DNA of 24,000 nt. It comes from Salibacteraceae bacterium (GTDB lineage Bacteria; Bacteroidota; Bacteroidia; Flavobacteriales_G; Salibacteraceae). Made by a program: the position numbers and the translations under genes. Shown in pieces: positions 22,155 to 24,000 of the stretch (the stretch's first letter is position 1; each line of letters opens with the position of its first letter). The stretch spans positions 10,025 to 34,024 of the forward strand of contig JBLFZF010000019.1 in the NCBI GenBank assembly GCA_047610145.1, given 5' to 3'. Under the pieces are notes generated by a model. The model saw nothing but the letters and a program-made list of their open reading frames with translations, was not told where the DNA came from and searched no databases.

Positions 22155-23222
22155 ATGCTTAATAACCCACCCCAATTCTCTAAAAAGCTCATTCAGTGGT
22201 ATTTAAAAAACAAACGGTCTATGCCATGGCGCGAAACAACCAATTCATACCATATTTGGCTGAGCGAAATCATTCTTCAGCAGACTCGAGTTGCTCAAGG
22301 TTTGCCATATTATCTAGCGTTTACGACTAATTTTCCGACAGTTGAATTATTAGCGCAAGCACCGGAAGAAGAAGTGCTAAAGCTTTGGCAAGGACTAGGA
22401 TACTATTCTCGGGCAAGAAATTTACATCATACTGCTAAAGTTGTGAGCAACGAACTAAACGGAGTTTTTCCTGACACCTATGAGGCCTTGTTGAAGCTTA
22501 AAGGCGTTGGAGACTATACTGCTAGCGCGATTGGATCGTTTTGCTTTGACTTACCTACGGCAGTTGTTGATGGGAATGTATATCGGGTTTTAGCGCGCTA
22601 TTTTGGTATTGAAACACCTATAAATAGCACGAATGGCATTAAAGAGTTTAAGGCTCTGGCTCAGCAACTTATTGACGTAAAGCAACCAGGGTTATATAAT
22701 CAGGCTATTATGGAATTTGGCGCGCTTCATTGTGCTCCGCAAAACCCAGATTGTGGCAGCTGTATATTTAGTGATAGTTGCCATGCGCTTCAGCAGAAAA
22801 AAGTTACAGCATTACCGGTTAAGATAAAAGCAGCTAAAGTTAAGAAGCGTTACTTTAATTATATGGTTGTGATTTCCGAAGAAAACAAAACAATTTTGAA
22901 GCAACGGACTCAAAAAGGTATTTGGCTACAGCTCTATGAATTTCCACTTATTGAAAGCGCAAATTCGCTGAGTTTGGAACAATTGCGTGCTGAGTCTAAG
23001 TTTAAAGATTTTACTGCTAAAATAGCTATTGATTCCATAACACTATATAAGACCGAGGCGGTAATACATAAACTTTCACACCAGCATTTATACACCCATT
23101 TTTGGATTGTAAATACGGTACAGCCACTTAAAGATGGCGTCCCAATTGCCGAAATCAGAAGTTATGCAGTTCCTGTGCTTATAGCGAACTTTATTTCTTC
23201 ATTTTCAGGATTTAAAGCGTAA
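22155..23222 (+). CDS. mutY: A/G-specific adenine DNA glycosylase
   Basis: It has the HhH-GPD domain (LKGVGDYTASAI), the 4Fe-4S loop CAPQNPDCGSCIFSDSC and a C-terminal NUDIX-like domain. Confidence 0.93.
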   Translation: MLNNPPQFSKKLIQWYLKNKRSMPWRETTNSYHIWLSEIILQQTRVAQGLPYYLAFTTNFPTVELLAQAPEEEVLKLWQGLGYYSRARNLHHTAKVVSNELNGVFPDTYEALLKLKGVGDYTASAIGSFCFDLPTAVVDGNVYRVLARYFGIETPINSTNGIKEFKALAQQLIDVKQPGLYNQAIMEFGALHCAPQNPDCGSCIFSDSCHALQQKKVTALPVKIKAAKVKKRYFNYMVVISEENKTILKQRTQKGIWLQLYEFPLIESANSLSLEQLRAESKFKDFTAKIAIDSITLYKTEAVIHKLSHQHLYTHFWIVNTVQPLKDGVPIAEIRSYAVPVLIANFISSFSGFKA

Positions 23223-23251
23223 TATTTTGATTATATTTAAATCACAAAACA

Positions 23252-23259
23252 TACCTTTG
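23252..23259 (+). promoter_or_regulatory. Candidate -7 box TAccTTTG for ssb, with a TTTG at 23226-23229
   Basis: It is an exact TAnnTTTG match 25 nt upstream of the ssb ATG. The spacer to the upstream TTTG is 22 nt. Confidence 0.35.
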
Positions 23260-23284
23260 TGTTTAGGATTAAAACGATAGAGTT

Positions 23285-23743
23285 ATGAGTGGGACAATAA
23301 ATAAAGTGATGCTAATTGGGCATACAGGTGACGAAGTTAAGATGCACTATTTTGAAGGTGGAGGGAGTATAGGTAGATTTCCTTTGGCTACTAACGAAAC
23401 ATACACAAATAGAACCACTGGCGAGAAAGTTTCGAATACGGAATGGCACAATATCGTTGTTAGAAATAAAGGCGCCGAAATCTGTGAAAAGTATCTAAAA
23501 AAAGGTGATAAAGTATACATTGAGGGCCGTCTAAAGACCCGCAAATGGCAAGATGATCAAGGGAAGGACAGATACAGTACAGAAATTCAATGTACAGAGT
23601 TCACCTTTCTATCGCCAAAAGCAGATGGAGCTATGGGGCAAGGTCAAGCGCAAGCACCAGCGTCTAATCAGGTGGTGCAGCAGCCTGCGCAAACCCCGGT
23701 TGAGGTTCAGGCAGGTCAAGAAGAAGATGATTTACCATTTTAA
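23285..23743 (+). CDS. ssb: Single-stranded DNA-binding protein
   Basis: It has an OB-fold N-terminus (INKVMLIGHTGDEV...TEWHNIVV...), a Gln/Pro/Ala-rich linker and the canonical acidic tail EEDDLPF. Confidence 0.96.
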   Translation: MSGTINKVMLIGHTGDEVKMHYFEGGGSIGRFPLATNETYTNRTTGEKVSNTEWHNIVVRNKGAEICEKYLKKGDKVYIEGRLKTRKWQDDQGKDRYSTEIQCTEFTFLSPKADGAMGQGQAQAPASNQVVQQPAQTPVEVQAGQEEDDLPF

Positions 23744-23763
23744 GTCTAATTAATTAGGACACT

Positions 23764-24000
23764 TTGGATATAGAGCCTCCCAGTTTATTGTTAATTTCTT
23801 TACTGCCTTATACACATATCGCAAGTATGGTTATTCTGCTTGTGCTGCTGGGGTGTTCAGCCCTTATTAGTGGTGCTGAGGTCGCTTTTTTTTCCTTAGC
23901 ACCATCAGATTTAGAAGAAAGAGAAGAGAAATTATCTTCCAAAAAACTAGAAATAGTTCGCAAGCTCCTAACGAAACCCAAGAAACTTTTAGCAACGATA
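23764..24000 (+). CDS. gldE: DUF21/CNNM (CorC/TlyC-like) membrane protein, N-terminal 79 codons; probable gliding-motility protein GldE (TTG start, runs off the window)
   Basis: The frame is open from a TTG right after an in-frame TAG to base 24000. It reads (M)DIEPPSLLLISLL...VILLVLLGCSALISGAEVAFFSLAPSDLEE, which is a typical DUF21 N-terminus. From memory, the mutY-ssb-gldE order matches Flavobacterium johnsoniae. Confidence 0.6.
   Translation, partial: MDIEPPSLLLISLLPYTHIASMVILLVLLGCSALISGAEVAFFSLAPSDLEEREEKLSSKKLEIVRKLLTKPKKLLATI

Overview
The window looks like a marine Flavobacteriia (Bacteroidota) chromosome. Support for this: mutY-ssb-gldE synteny, a CarboxypepD_reg-type TonB-dependent receptor paired with a DUF4249 lipoprotein, a separate atpD-atpC pair with a short epsilon subunit, no Shine-Dalgarno sequences, and recurrent TAnnTTTG -7 promoter boxes. 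Most of the window is housekeeping: glmS (3' part), atpDC, a TBDR pair, a biotin operon, a tandem-Fn3 lipoprotein, a JmjC/cupin protein, a small OM beta-barrel, recX, an RNase E/G-family gene, HU, mutY, ssb and the start of gldE. Five things deserve a second look. (1) A roughly 3.7 kb AT-rich decayed island sits exactly at the glmS stop codon. It is subdivided by reiterated copies of the glmS 3' terminus. It carries a recombinase remnant, a membrane-protein/XRE cassette with a 17-bp inverted repeat over its promoter, an HTH fragment, a frameshifted DNA methylase fragment, and four small exported proteins of unknown function. (2) The biotin operon has no recognisable pimelate-arm genes in this window. 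Instead it has an embedded Cys-His-His (FabF/FabB-type) ketoacyl synthase and a DUF2007/zinc-ribbon/TM protein. (3) An unannotated 29-codon ultra-basic ORF (bS22-like) lies downstream of HU. (4) The 0.5 kb non-coding interval between rng and recX is densely palindromic. (5) The -7 boxes of bioF and bioB abut their start codons, suggesting leaderless mRNAs. No tRNA, rRNA or CRISPR array was seen. All alignments and GC statements were made by eye and need computational confirmation.
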